The translations under genes were made by a program, and so were the position numbers. Under the pieces are notes generated by a model. That model searched no databases. It was not told the origin of the DNA and was given only the letters and a program-made list of their open reading frames with translations. A DNA stretch of 64,000 bases from Candidatus Eremiobacteria bacterium. GTDB taxonomy: Bacteria > Vulcanimicrobiota > Vulcanimicrobiia > Vulcanimicrobiales > Vulcanimicrobiaceae. Position 1 is the first letter of the stretch. The number at the start of each line of letters is the position of its first letter. The stretch lies in the NCBI GenBank assembly GCA_963758295.1, contig CAVWUU010000004.1:224001-288000 (forward strand), in the 5' to 3' direction. Positions 8,645-18,336 of this stretch are shown piece by piece.

Positions 8645-11473
8645 ATGCACGTTCCGTTCGTTCGAAGAGGCGCGGTTGCTGCGATGGCGGCGATCGCGCT
8701 CTTTCTATCTACTAGTGCGCACGGCTTGGCTCAGGATGCCCCGGTGCCCCAACGCAACGCCGTGGTAAGCGGTACGGTCCAAGACAATTCGGGCTCTCCA
8801 ATTTCTGGGGCGTCGGTCGTTCTAAGAGGCGCTTCCGTTTATTCGATCGCGTCCGACTCAAAGGGGGCGTTTTCTTTCGCGAACGTGGCCCCGGGTCTCT
8901 ACACGCTCTCCGTTTCGCATTCGGGATACTCTCCGGCTCTCGAAAGCGACATCGTGGCATTGGCGGGGCAACTCCAGTCGATCTCGGTTCGATTGAGTCC
9001 CGCATCATTTTCGTCGCTGCAGACAATCGCAACGGTTCGCGCGACGGGCCGCGCTTCGATGAATACATCGGCTGCGTCGGTCAATGTCGTCTCATCGCAA
9101 GCGTTTGCGGATCAGGCGCAACCGCAAGTGACACGCGTGCTTAGCCAGGTTCCCGGGCTGCAGATTTCGTTTCCGTCGAATTCGAGTAACGGCGCTTCGC
9201 CAGGATCGATCACCATCCCGAACATTCGCGGGGCAACCTCGTACGAAACGGCATCTTTGATCGACGGGCATCCGATTTCCGTGGGACAGTACGGTGACAA
9301 CGTCACGACGTTCCTAAACACGTTTATGTTTTCCAACGTCGAAGTCATCAAAGGCCCTGGCGCAAACGCGCCGGTTGTGAATAACGCGATCGGCGGCACG
9401 ACGAACTTCCGGACGAAAAATCCGACGCTTACGCCGGAAGCGGAAGTTACGTTAGGCGTTGATAATCACGGCGGGACCCTTTCGAATCTTGGTTTTTCGA
9501 ACACCGTAGGCAAGCTCGGGTTCGTCGTCGACCTGGCTACGAACAATACGACCTCCGCATTGAACGGCCATCAGGTGTATTTCGATCCATCCTTCGGAAA
9601 TCTTAACGGCGGGACACTGTCGGGAAATTCCAGCCAGACCACGCTTCCGTTCACGCAAAGCTCCGTTACGACGCAATTCCCACTCCTTGCATGCTGCTAT
9701 GCGATCTCTGGGAGCTTGGATCAGGTCGCCGAATTGCTGAAGTTCCGGTATCAATTCTCACCCGTGACGCAGGCGACGTTGAGCTATCTTTCGGGCGTGT
9801 CGCAAGCCGATCAAAATGGCAATACTTCTGACTTTACGAACGGCCAATTCGTTCCGGGCAATCCGGCCTATTCCGGATCGTTGAAGCCCGGCCCGGTGCA
9901 GGTCGCGAGTATCTTCGCCGGCGCCCTCAACGGCGAGACTAACATCGAACCAATCTTTCAAGCTGAAGCATCGACCGCGCTGGGTAAAAACACCATTCTA
10001 GCGCGTTTTTACAACGCCTCGATTCTACGTTACCAATTCCAGGGGACGAACCTAAACGGTCTTGACTACAACTTCATAAAACTGTTCGGCGTCTCTTCCG
10101 GATCAGGAATTAACGCGACGTTCAATGGCGCGCCCGCAGCGGTTGGGTTCAGCGACTATTACGAAGAGCCCGAGTCCGACAAACTTTCCGGCGGGTCGTT
10201 TGAATTCCAGCATCCAATCGGTGAGAATCTTTTGAGTTTCTCGATCGATAGAACCGTCGCAAAAAGCGTCGACTACACGATTGGATCCAGTTCAGGACAG
10301 CCGTCGTATTCTTTCAATTTGCCGCCAGGCACGTGGCAGATGCTGACAACGTATAATTTGCGTGGCCACTACTACCTTACGCCACGGCTCGAAGTAACAT
10401 TGAGCAATTATCTGAACACATACATGAGTACCTATCCTACCGGGTGTCCGGCCGGCGGTTGCAATACGCAGGCGGCGGCAGCATTCGGTCAGGGAGTATC
10501 GTTTAGTACATCGCGTAATACACACGACGATCCACGGCTAGGCCTCGTATTTAGACCGAATCCGCGAGCGTCCATACGCTTCGCCATGGGGAGTTCTATT
10601 GCGCCCCCATTTCTGGGCCTGCTCAGTCAGATTGCATCTACACCGATGTACGATCCGACGAACCACGTCGCAACCGTGCAGGAAAGTAATGGGAACCTAA
10701 AACCGGAAACCGGCTTCGGCTACGATCTAGGCGCAGATATACGGCTTTGGGATGCCGATACTGTTTTTTCGGGCGACGTGTATCAGACCAACTTGTTCAA
10801 CAGGTTTTTTGCACAGACGATAAGTACCGGCGTTTGCGCAAATACGATCCAATGCCCCGGCGCGCCCGTCGGCACGCCGATCCTAAATCAAACTAACGGA
10901 AACATCAGTAATGCGCGCTTTCAAGGCATCGAGCTTACGCTGAAACGCGAGCCGCTTTTCGGCTTCGGGTTTAATTTATCAGGAGCGCTGCAACGGGGAT
11001 ATTACTATGATTTGCCGCCCGGCTTTTATTGCTCCGTTCCGTCACCGACCTGCACGCCGGATCAGAACTTGAACGTGATCTCCGGCGAAAACGTCAACGG
11101 TGTAGGAGTCGGCGTGGGTGGTCTTTCGTACAATGGGAACATGCGAATCCCGTACGCGCAAGGAAATGCCGAGTTCTCGTACACGTTACGAAACGGCGCC
11201 TATGCGTCGATCGGTGAAACCTATTACGGACACAACAACTCGTTGAACGAGCCGGCTTTCGGCATCGCGTATGCCACCCTACGCTATCCGGTCGCGCCGC
11301 GTTTGACGTTGCAGCTATCCGGCGACAACATTTTCAACGCCTACACCGGAATTTTGCCGATCTACGGCGGCGGCGTGCCTATCCCGCTCTATGGCGGTGG
11401 CAGCGCCGCAACCGTTGGAAACGTGCTCGGACCCGCGACTTACCGGCTCGTTCTTTCGACGAGGCTGCCGTAA
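8645..11473 (+). CDS. TonB-dependent receptor with N-terminal carboxypeptidase-regulatory-like domain
   Basis: Signal peptide; SGTVQD...GASV N-domain; plug motif VEVIKGPGA...AIGGTTNFRT; NLKPETG; DNIFN; SD AGGAG upstream. Confidence 0.88.
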   Translation: MHVPFVRRGAVAAMAAIALFLSTSAHGLAQDAPVPQRNAVVSGTVQDNSGSPISGASVVLRGASVYSIASDSKGAFSFANVAPGLYTLSVSHSGYSPALESDIVALAGQLQSISVRLSPASFSSLQTIATVRATGRASMNTSAASVNVVSSQAFADQAQPQVTRVLSQVPGLQISFPSNSSNGASPGSITIPNIRGATSYETASLIDGHPISVGQYGDNVTTFLNTFMFSNVEVIKGPGANAPVVNNAIGGTTNFRTKNPTLTPEAEVTLGVDNHGGTLSNLGFSNTVGKLGFVVDLATNNTTSALNGHQVYFDPSFGNLNGGTLSGNSSQTTLPFTQSSVTTQFPLLACCYAISGSLDQVAELLKFRYQFSPVTQATLSYLSGVSQADQNGNTSDFTNGQFVPGNPAYSGSLKPGPVQVASIFAGALNGETNIEPIFQAEASTALGKNTILARFYNASILRYQFQGTNLNGLDYNFIKLFGVSSGSGINATFNGAPAAVGFSDYYEEPESDKLSGGSFEFQHPIGENLLSFSIDRTVAKSVDYTIGSSSGQPSYSFNLPPGTWQMLTTYNLRGHYYLTPRLEVTLSNYLNTYMSTYPTGCPAGGCNTQAAAAFGQGVSFSTSRNTHDDPRLGLVFRPNPRASIRFAMGSSIAPPFLGLLSQIASTPMYDPTNHVATVQESNGNLKPETGFGYDLGADIRLWDADTVFSGDVYQTNLFNRFFAQTISTGVCANTIQCPGAPVGTPILNQTNGNISNARFQGIELTLKREPLFGFGFNLSGALQRGYYYDLPPGFYCSVPSPTCTPDQNLNVISGENVNGVGVGVGGLSYNGNMRIPYAQGNAEFSYTLRNGAYASIGETYYGHNNSLNEPAFGIAYATLRYPVAPRLTLQLSGDNIFNAYTGILPIYGGGVPIPLYGGGSAATVGNVLGPATYRLVLSTRLP

Positions 11474-11503
11474 GCCGCGATCGAGCGGAAATGGGCCGTG
11501 GCC

Positions 11504-11797
11504 TCAAACCGTTACGGGAGCTTCGTCGTGGTAGAAGTAGGGATCGAGGACGCTGACTTCCGTAACGGAGTCCACGGGAAGGCCGTTGGCTTCGGCTGAA
11601 GCGCGAATTGCCTCCTCGTTGGGTCCGTCGTAAATGCAGAACGTTTTCGACTTGTCGCTGGTAACGTACGAATGCACCCAAGTAACGCCGTTTTCACCGT
11701 TCTTGCCCACGACGTTGAGGCAGGCCGCAGCGCCTGCGGTAGTCGAGGGGATGTGCAAACCGCCGGAAAAGGTCCGTTCGACCATATATCTAGGCAT
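11504..11797 (-). CDS. DUF4242 family protein
   Basis: MPRYMVERTF...VTWVHSYV...KTFCIYDGPNEEAIR...GLPVDSVTEV; SD GGAGG upstream of ATG 11797. Confidence 0.85.
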   Translation of the reverse strand: MPRYMVERTFSGGLHIPSTTAGAAACLNVVGKNGENGVTWVHSYVTSDKSKTFCIYDGPNEEAIRASAEANGLPVDSVTEVSVLDPYFYHDEAPVTV

Positions 11798-11898
11798 GGA
11801 GACCTCCGGGTAAAGATGGTGCAGATATTGTATCGCGGACATGCAGCAGACGAGCAGGCTTCAAAGAATTCTCAGGAAGGCTTCGTAGAGTCGAACAA

Positions 11899-12843
11899 GT
11901 GCGCGGAGTAGTTACGCGATGCGGGGCGCTTTTTCTGGCGGGTGCATGCGCCGCAGGGACGCCCGCGCGTGCGCAGCTGGACCCCTACGCGATCTTCGCC
12001 CGCGCGCGGACATCCTTCGAAGCTCAGCAGTATCCGCCATATCTTAAATACGACGTGGCAGTGCACGTCATGGAGGGCGAAAAGCCGCGCACCGAACGAT
12101 ACGACAGCGCGTACAACGCGGTGACGAATGAGATCGTGGTCGATCCGGTAAGCGACTTCGAGCGCGCAAATCCGCCAAGCGGCCGCGGCGTAAACATTTC
12201 GATTCTGTTCCTTCCGGTGGGCAAACCGCAGGCCCCCGTGGATTTTCTCGGCGTGCCGGTGCTTTCGCCAACCTACTCGTTTGGAATCGCAAAGTTCATC
12301 CCGGCGACAATGCCGCATAAGCTCACGGACGCGGAGCTGGTTGCGCAAATACGCAAAGAGTTCCACGATCCGAATCCGCGTGCAACGCCCCTTGCAACTC
12401 CGGCGCCGTCGAAATTGCCCGAAATCGCCGACGTTACGGTCTACAAACGCGATTACGTCATAAAGCTCGCGGGCGAAGAAAACGTCAATGGACATCAGTG
12501 CTTTCATCTCGCGATGCAGCCGGCGAACGCGCGCGAAGGCGGAAAGTTCCGGCTGCGTGACGTGTGGGTCGACGAAAGAACCTACGCCACCGAACGCATC
12601 AACGAATCGATCAACTTCGTGAACGGGCCGGGAACGTCGGTTCCGTGGAGTATCGATTATGCCGATAGCAACGGCATGCACTACATTCGCGAAGAACGCG
12701 CGGATGCGCCGATGAGTTACCGCGGCATGACCTATACGCAAGCATCGATCGATTTCGAGAATGTCACTGTCGCGAGTTCCATGCCGCACCGGCTGGACAC
12801 GCCGTTGACCGACGATCTGATCATGGACGAACCCGTTTACTGA
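11899..12843 (+). CDS. Hypothetical secreted protein
   Basis: Signal peptide ending ARA; coding-like codon usage; C-terminal beta-rich region (YVIKLAGEENVNGHQCFHL, DVWVDERTY) vaguely LolA-like. Confidence 0.7.
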   Translation: MRGVVTRCGALFLAGACAAGTPARAQLDPYAIFARARTSFEAQQYPPYLKYDVAVHVMEGEKPRTERYDSAYNAVTNEIVVDPVSDFERANPPSGRGVNISILFLPVGKPQAPVDFLGVPVLSPTYSFGIAKFIPATMPHKLTDAELVAQIRKEFHDPNPRATPLATPAPSKLPEIADVTVYKRDYVIKLAGEENVNGHQCFHLAMQPANAREGGKFRLRDVWVDERTYATERINESINFVNGPGTSVPWSIDYADSNGMHYIREERADAPMSYRGMTYTQASIDFENVTVASSMPHRLDTPLTDDLIMDEPVY

Positions 12844-12894
12844 CGGACGGAAGGAAAAGCGCCGCAAGCGTCCTATTCTTGGGGGTCGCCGCCC

Positions 12895-12979
12895 GGGCAA
12901 GTGGCGGAACTGGCAGACGCGCTGGATTTAGGTTCCAGTGGGGCAACCCGTCAGAGTTCGAGTCTCTGCTTGCCCACCA
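12895..12979 (+). tRNA. tRNA-Leu(TAG)
   Basis: GGGCAAG/CTTGCCC stem, CTGGA-tttaggt-TCCAG anticodon arm, long variable arm, CCA. Confidence 0.95.
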
Positions 12980-13060
12980 GCGAGAATGCCGCCTCGCCGG
13001 CGACTTATACGGTAGCTCCCGGGAGCGGGAAACCATATAACTGATAGAGTTTTTTGGTTT

Positions 13061-13135
13061 GCGGAAGTAGCTCAGTGGTAGAGCATCGCCTTGCCAAGGC
13101 GAGGGTCGCGAGTTCGAATCTCGTCTTCCGCTCCA
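13061..13135 (+). tRNA. tRNA-Gly(GCC)
   Basis: GCGGAAG/CTTCCGC stem, TCGCC-ttgccaa-GGCGA anticodon arm, CCA. Confidence 0.96.
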
Positions 13136-13249
13136 TTTTGGGCTTTGGGCGACAAAGATGCATCTTTGAGGAGCCAAAGTCGTAGGGGCGCGGGCGCACG
13201 AGCGCCAAGCGCCTTATTCATTTTCCAGCATCACGAAAGAAAGCACGCC

Positions 13250-14542
13250 TTGACCACGTCGACGTTAACTCGCCTCGCCGCCACTCAAGTGGAGCTTGAA
13301 ATCCCGATTACCGCGCAAGAACTCGCCGCGGCCGAGGATCGCGCGTTCCGCAAGCTTGTGAAGAACGTCAAGCTGCCCGGCTTCCGCGCGGGCAAGGTGC
13401 CCCGGAAGGTTTTCGAGCAGGCCTATGGGTCGCACTCGATCGCGAGCCACGCGATGGAAGAGGTTGTCCCCGAGGTGTACACCAAGGCGATCCGCGAGCA
13501 CGACCTCGATCCGGTCGACCGGCCGAAGATGGAACTGCTTCCTGAAGAAGACGGCAAGCCGGCGCGCTTGAAGGCGACTGTCGAAGTCCGTCCCGAGATT
13601 CAATTGATCGACTATAAAGGTGTCGAGGTCGAGCGCGAGCCGGTCACCATTTCCGACGAAGATGTGGAGCGCAGCGTTCAAGCCTTGGCGAAAGAGCGCG
13701 CGACGCTGGCGCCAGTTGAACGCCCCGCCGAGCTCGGCGACGTGGTGACGATGGACTATGAAGGCAAGATCGACGGCGTCGCGTTCGAGGGCGGCACGGC
13801 CACCGGCCAGATGACCGAACTTGACGAGAGCCGCTTTATCCCGGGTTTTGCTGCAGGCATCGCGGGCATGACCGCCGGCGAGACCAAGGACGTCGAAGCG
13901 AAGTTTCCCGAGGATTACGCGCAGCCGGACCTCGCCGGAAAGACCGCCGTCTTCACGATCACCGTTCATGACGTAAAGGCGTTCGAATTGCCGGCAATTG
14001 ACGACGAATTTGCGAAGACCATTTCCGAAAACCAGACGCTGGAAGAGTTGCGTGGCGACATTCGCAAGCGTTTGGAAGCGATTGCCGAATCGCGCAGCCG
14101 CCGCGTCGTCGGCAACGTGGTCATGGAAAAACTCATCGCTTCGCACGATTTCCCGTTGCCGGAATCGATGGTCGAGCGCGAGCTAGAACACATGATGAAC
14201 GACGCGGCGTCTCAGGCGCAAAACGCGGGAGTCAACTTCGAAGATTCCTTGAAAGAAGCCGGAAAAACGGAAGGAGATCTCCGCACGGACTTTCGTGAAG
14301 ATGCGAAAACTCGCGTGAAAGGAACGCTTTTGATCGAGCAGATCGCTAAGACGGAAAACATTCAGGCCACGCCGGCCGACGTGTCGGAAGAGCTTGCAGC
14401 CCTTGCGCGCCAGTACGGCCAGCCGGTGGACCGGATTCGCAAAGCGCTCGGGAACAACGTCTTATCGTTGATGGACGGAATCGTGCGCAACAAGACGCTC
14501 GAGTTCCTCATCGATAACGCCAAGGTCGTAGACAAGCAATAA
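13250..14542 (+). CDS. tig: Trigger factor
   Basis: LPGFRAGKVP ribosome-binding motif, FKBP domain (FIPGF); TTG start chosen at 13250 because the longer ORF overlaps tRNA-Gly. Confidence 0.95.
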   Translation: MTTSTLTRLAATQVELEIPITAQELAAAEDRAFRKLVKNVKLPGFRAGKVPRKVFEQAYGSHSIASHAMEEVVPEVYTKAIREHDLDPVDRPKMELLPEEDGKPARLKATVEVRPEIQLIDYKGVEVEREPVTISDEDVERSVQALAKERATLAPVERPAELGDVVTMDYEGKIDGVAFEGGTATGQMTELDESRFIPGFAAGIAGMTAGETKDVEAKFPEDYAQPDLAGKTAVFTITVHDVKAFELPAIDDEFAKTISENQTLEELRGDIRKRLEAIAESRSRRVVGNVVMEKLIASHDFPLPESMVERELEHMMNDAASQAQNAGVNFEDSLKEAGKTEGDLRTDFREDAKTRVKGTLLIEQIAKTENIQATPADVSEELAALARQYGQPVDRIRKALGNNVLSLMDGIVRNKTLEFLIDNAKVVDKQ

Positions 14543-14619
14543 TCTCGAAGGCAACTTTTCTTCTCACTCCGTAGTTTAAGCGTCGAAAGAAACTACTTCA
14601 GGAAGGCAGCGCACGAAAT

Positions 14620-15228
14620 ATGGGGCATTTGGTACCAATGGTTGTCGAGCAGAGTGCGCGCGGCGAACGCGCGTACGACATCTACTCGCGCCTGTTAAAG
14701 GATCGCATCGTCTTCGTCGGCGGCGCGATCGACGACCATTTGGCAAATCTGGTAATCGCGCAGCTGCTCTTCCTTGAAAAGGAAGACCCGGACAAGGACA
14801 TCGACATGTACGTCAACTCGCCGGGCGGCAGCGTCACGGCCGGGCTCGCCATCTACGATGCCATGCGCTTCATCAAGCCGGACGTGGCCACCATCTGTAT
14901 GGGCATGGCAGCATCCATGGGCTCGGTCCTTTTAACGGGCGGAGCCGCAGGCAAGCGGTACTCCCTGCCGCATTCGAAGATTCTAATCCACCAACCGTGG
15001 GTATCCCAGATCGGGGGGCAAGCGACCGACGTTGAGATCGCGGCGCGAGACCTTATTGCCACCCGGCAGACCATTGCGAAAATCTACGAGGCGACCACGA
15101 AGAAGCCGATCGAGCAGATCCTCAAGGACATCGATCGCGACTACTACATGACCGCTGAAGAAGCCAAGGACTACGGGATTATCGATCACGTTATCGAAGA
15201 TCGCCAAGCCTTGTCGACGCCGGCTTAA
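14620..15228 (+). CDS. clpP: ATP-dependent Clp protease proteolytic subunit
   Basis: [30 protein letters not shown]. Confidence 0.98.
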   Translation: MGHLVPMVVEQSARGERAYDIYSRLLKDRIVFVGGAIDDHLANLVIAQLLFLEKEDPDKDIDMYVNSPGGSVTAGLAIYDAMRFIKPDVATICMGMAASMGSVLLTGGAAGKRYSLPHSKILIHQPWVSQIGGQATDVEIAARDLIATRQTIAKIYEATTKKPIEQILKDIDRDYYMTAEEAKDYGIIDHVIEDRQALSTPA

Positions 15229-15251
15229 GCCGAGAAGGACGCCCGTACTTC

Positions 15252-16508
15252 ATGTTTCGTTTCGGGGACGAGAAAGGTCAACTGAAGTGCAGCTTTTGCG
15301 GCAAGTCGCAAGAGCAAGTTCGCAAGTTGATCGCCGGTCCGGGCGTCTACATTTGCGACGAATGCATCGAGCTCTGCAACGAGATCATCGAGGAAGAGCT
15401 CTATAAAAACGTCGACGAGAATCTGCGCCTTCGGAACATTCCGAAGCCCAAAGAGATCAATCACATTCTCAATCAGTACGTGATAGGTCAGGAACGCGCG
15501 AAAAAATCGCTCGCAGTTGCAGTTTACAATCATTACAAGCGCATCAACGCAGGCGGCACCGCCGACGACGTCGAGCTGCAGAAATCCAATATTCTGCTGG
15601 TCGGCCCGACCGGTTCAGGCAAAACGTACCTCGCGCAAACGCTTGCGAAGATTCTCGATGTGCCGCTCGCCATGGCCGACGCAACCTCGCTCACGGAAGC
15701 CGGCTACGTTGGTGAAGACGTAGAGAACATTTTACTGAAGCTGATTCAGGCCGCCGATTACGACGTTAAACGCGCCGAAAAAGGCATCGTATATATCGAC
15801 GAAATCGACAAAATCGCTCGCAAGAGCGAAAATCCGTCGATTACGCGAGACGTTTCGGGTGAAGGCGTCCAACAGGCGCTGCTCAAGATTCTCGAAGGCA
15901 CGACGGCAAACGTTCCTCCGCAGGGTGGACGCAAACACCCGCACCAGGAGTTCATCCAGATCGACACCACCAACGTGTTGTTCATCTGCGGCGGTGCGTT
16001 CGACGGGCTGGAGCGGATTATCGAATCTCGTGTTTCCGCAAACAACATGGGTTTCCGGGCAACGCCGGAAGGCAAGAAAGACGCCCGCACCGGCAAGCTG
16101 CTGCAGGCGCTCATGCCCGAGGATCTGCTGAAGTTCGGATTGATTCCTGAATTTATCGGCCGTTTGCCCATCGTGGTGACGCTGGATGCTCTGGACGAAC
16201 TTGCGCTGCGCCGTATTCTCACGGAACCCCGTAATGCGCTTGTGCGGCAGTTCCAGAAGATTATGAACATGGACGGCGTCGATCTGCAGTTCACGAAGGA
16301 CGCTCTCGTAGCCATCGCCACTAGAGCGCAGAGCCGGAAGACCGGCGCGCGCGGTCTGCGCTCGATTCTCGAAGAGACGATGCTGGACGTAATGTACGAT
16401 CTTCCGTCGTTGCAAGGCGTGAAGAAGTGCATCATCAATAAAGACGTTATAGAGAAAAAAGAAGCGCCGACGCTCATCTATCAGGAGCAGAAGAAAGAGC
16501 CGGCCTAA
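15252..16508 (+). CDS. clpX: ATP-dependent Clp protease ATP-binding subunit ClpX
   Basis: CSFCGK zinc finger, [22 protein letters not shown]. Confidence 0.98.
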   Translation: MFRFGDEKGQLKCSFCGKSQEQVRKLIAGPGVYICDECIELCNEIIEEELYKNVDENLRLRNIPKPKEINHILNQYVIGQERAKKSLAVAVYNHYKRINAGGTADDVELQKSNILLVGPTGSGKTYLAQTLAKILDVPLAMADATSLTEAGYVGEDVENILLKLIQAADYDVKRAEKGIVYIDEIDKIARKSENPSITRDVSGEGVQQALLKILEGTTANVPPQGGRKHPHQEFIQIDTTNVLFICGGAFDGLERIIESRVSANNMGFRATPEGKKDARTGKLLQALMPEDLLKFGLIPEFIGRLPIVVTLDALDELALRRILTEPRNALVRQFQKIMNMDGVDLQFTKDALVAIATRAQSRKTGARGLRSILEETMLDVMYDLPSLQGVKKCIINKDVIEKKEAPTLIYQEQKKEPA

Positions 16509-16532
16509 CCGGCTTGACGCGACGAAAAAATT

Positions 16533-16562
16533 GGGCCTCTGCTAATAGCGGCGGCCCTTTTT
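16533..16562 (+). terminator. Probable intrinsic terminator after clpX
   Basis: GGGCC...GGCCC imperfect stem followed by TTTTT. Confidence 0.6.
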
Positions 16563-16635
16563 CATAAGAAGCATCCAAAATATTGGAGCGATTACTTAAC
16601 AGGCTAGAGGCCCGTTCGTAAGAACGAGGCAGCAA

Positions 16636-17178
16636 GTGGAAACCTGTAGCCCCGCTGTGACGAATTCTGACTGTCCGCCATCTGCTGCTATACCGGCATG
16701 GTGGAGCGGCTTTATCTTTCACGTCCTCAATCCGCGTCAAGTGAGCATGTTTATTTACCTAACCATGCTCTCCGAAGCAGCCGGTGAGTGCCATCCGACA
16801 ATCGAGCAGATCCGTGACGACCTTGGGCTCTATAGCGCCTCTATGGTCTTCGAGGCTCTGGCGACCTTGGAAGACCTGGGCTTTATCACCCGCGAGCGGC
16901 AGTCGTTCCCCGGGGTGCGGGCGAAGCGAAATGTCTACCGTCGAACGCCTTGCGAAGCGACGGTCCTTTGCCTGCTTCAGCGGAATTTGATCGACGGCGA
17001 GATGCGGCCATCGCGCAATGCCGGCGCTCCGGCTGCCGAGGAGTCGCGGCTCTTAGCCGAAGCGGGCTTGAAAGAAATTCTCGGCGCCGACTTCCCAAGA
17101 TATGAAAGCGCTACCGCCGCGGCGAAGCGGGAAGTTCTCGTCGAAATTCTGGAAACGATCTTACGAAAGCCCGGTTAG
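16636..17178 (+). CDS. Winged helix-turn-helix protein (HTH_36-like)
   Basis: IYLTML...CHPTIEQIRDDLGL...VFEALATLEDLGFITRERQ...NVY pattern; start uncertain. Confidence 0.65.
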   Translation: METCSPAVTNSDCPPSAAIPAWWSGFIFHVLNPRQVSMFIYLTMLSEAAGECHPTIEQIRDDLGLYSASMVFEALATLEDLGFITRERQSFPGVRAKRNVYRRTPCEATVLCLLQRNLIDGEMRPSRNAGAPAAEESRLLAEAGLKEILGADFPRYESATAAAKREVLVEILETILRKPG

Positions 17179-17516
17179 TGTACCAAGACGCCCTCCTCAC
17201 AATAGAAGAACGCGATCTTAAGGGATCGCGTATCGTTGTTTTGCGTGGCGAGCTGGACATGTCCAACGTTCAGCACTTGAAGAACGTTTTTGCTCAGCTG
17301 GACGGTGCCGGGCCGCTTGTAATCGATCTGTCGGATTTGACATTCGTCGACTCGGCCGGCCTTAATGCCATTGCGATTCACGGCCGGCGCCTCATTGAGA
17401 CGGACGTTCCGTTGCACATCGTCGTGACGCGCCCGGCGATTCGCAAACTTTTCGCCGTGACGCGCCTCGATCAGTACTTCACTCTCGTGGATTCATTGGA
17501 CGAGATTCCCCGGTAA
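17178..17516 (+). CDS. STAS domain anti-sigma factor antagonist
   Basis: [22 protein letters not shown] with conserved phospho-Ser. Confidence 0.88.
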   Translation: MYQDALLTIEERDLKGSRIVVLRGELDMSNVQHLKNVFAQLDGAGPLVIDLSDLTFVDSAGLNAIAIHGRRLIETDVPLHIVVTRPAIRKLFAVTRLDQYFTLVDSLDEIPR

Positions 17517-18082
17517 CTCGTCGGGACGGCTTCGAGCGCACGCGCCGGAACGCCGCCGACGAGCGCGCCGGGCGGCACGTCGTTCACGACGACTGCTCCT
17601 GCGGCAATGACCGCATTGTGGCCGATCCGGACACCCGGGACGATGATCGCGCCGGAGTAAATCAAGACGTCATCCTCAATGACCACCGGGGCCACATCGA
17701 TGATCAGCGGCTCGCGCACCCCCTGGGTCATCGCGATCCGCCGCCCCTGTTGCGTGGTGATATGGACGTGCGCCCCCATATGCACGTTGTTGCCGATCGT
17801 CAGTCCGCCTCCGCCCCATAACACGGAATAGGGACCGATTTCCACGTCATCGCCGATGCGAATGAACCCGCGGCGATCGTTTACCGTGCTGGGATTCAGA
17901 TAGGCGCCGTGGTCTATGAAGACCTTACGTCCGACGGTAATGCGGTCTGCTCCGCGGATGATGGCTCTGCCCGCAAAGATGGCGCTTGGCAAGCGAGCGC
18001 GCTGGCCGGCATCGCTGATGGCAAGTTTCATCGACTCGCGCAGCGACCGGATGGCGAGGCCTAGGCGATTGAAGAACTTCAT
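17471..18082 (-). CDS. Hexapeptide-repeat (left-handed beta-helix) acyltransferase
   Basis: [32 protein letters not shown]...VGGVPAR. Confidence 0.88.
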   Translation of the reverse strand: MKFFNRLGLAIRSLRESMKLAISDAGQRARLPSAIFAGRAIIRGADRITVGRKVFIDHGAYLNPSTVNDRRGFIRIGDDVEIGPYSVLWGGGGLTIGNNVHMGAHVHITTQQGRRIAMTQGVREPLIIDVAPVVIEDDVLIYSGAIIVPGVRIGHNAVIAAGAVVVNDVPPGALVGGVPARALEAVPTSYRGISSNESTRVKY

Positions 18083-18336
18083 GTGTTATTAATACTCACA
18101 AACTTTGCTTTTTAAGGCCAGCGCCGCGTGGGGCATTAGGCCGGGGCCGTGAGTCCCAATCGGCATTGCGCCGCCTGAATCTTCTGAGAAAAAGCAGCCT
18201 CCGGTACCATAAGTGCAACTTGCCACTATTGTGCGCTTCGGGGGACACCATGCACGTTGCCGGTCATCGATGGATGCTTGCGCTCGCTTGCGAGCTTGAA
18301 CTGACGGAGCTGTAAGGGTCGCCCCGCGTCTACATC

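Noticed and set aside
13091..13249. N-terminal extension of trigger factor
   Set aside because: It overlaps tRNA-Gly; the TTG at 13250 gives a normal-length protein
18083..18336. JUMPstart/ops element or c-di-GMP riboswitch upstream of the EPS operon
   Set aside because: No GGCGGTAG core or recognisable riboswitch consensus seen by eye
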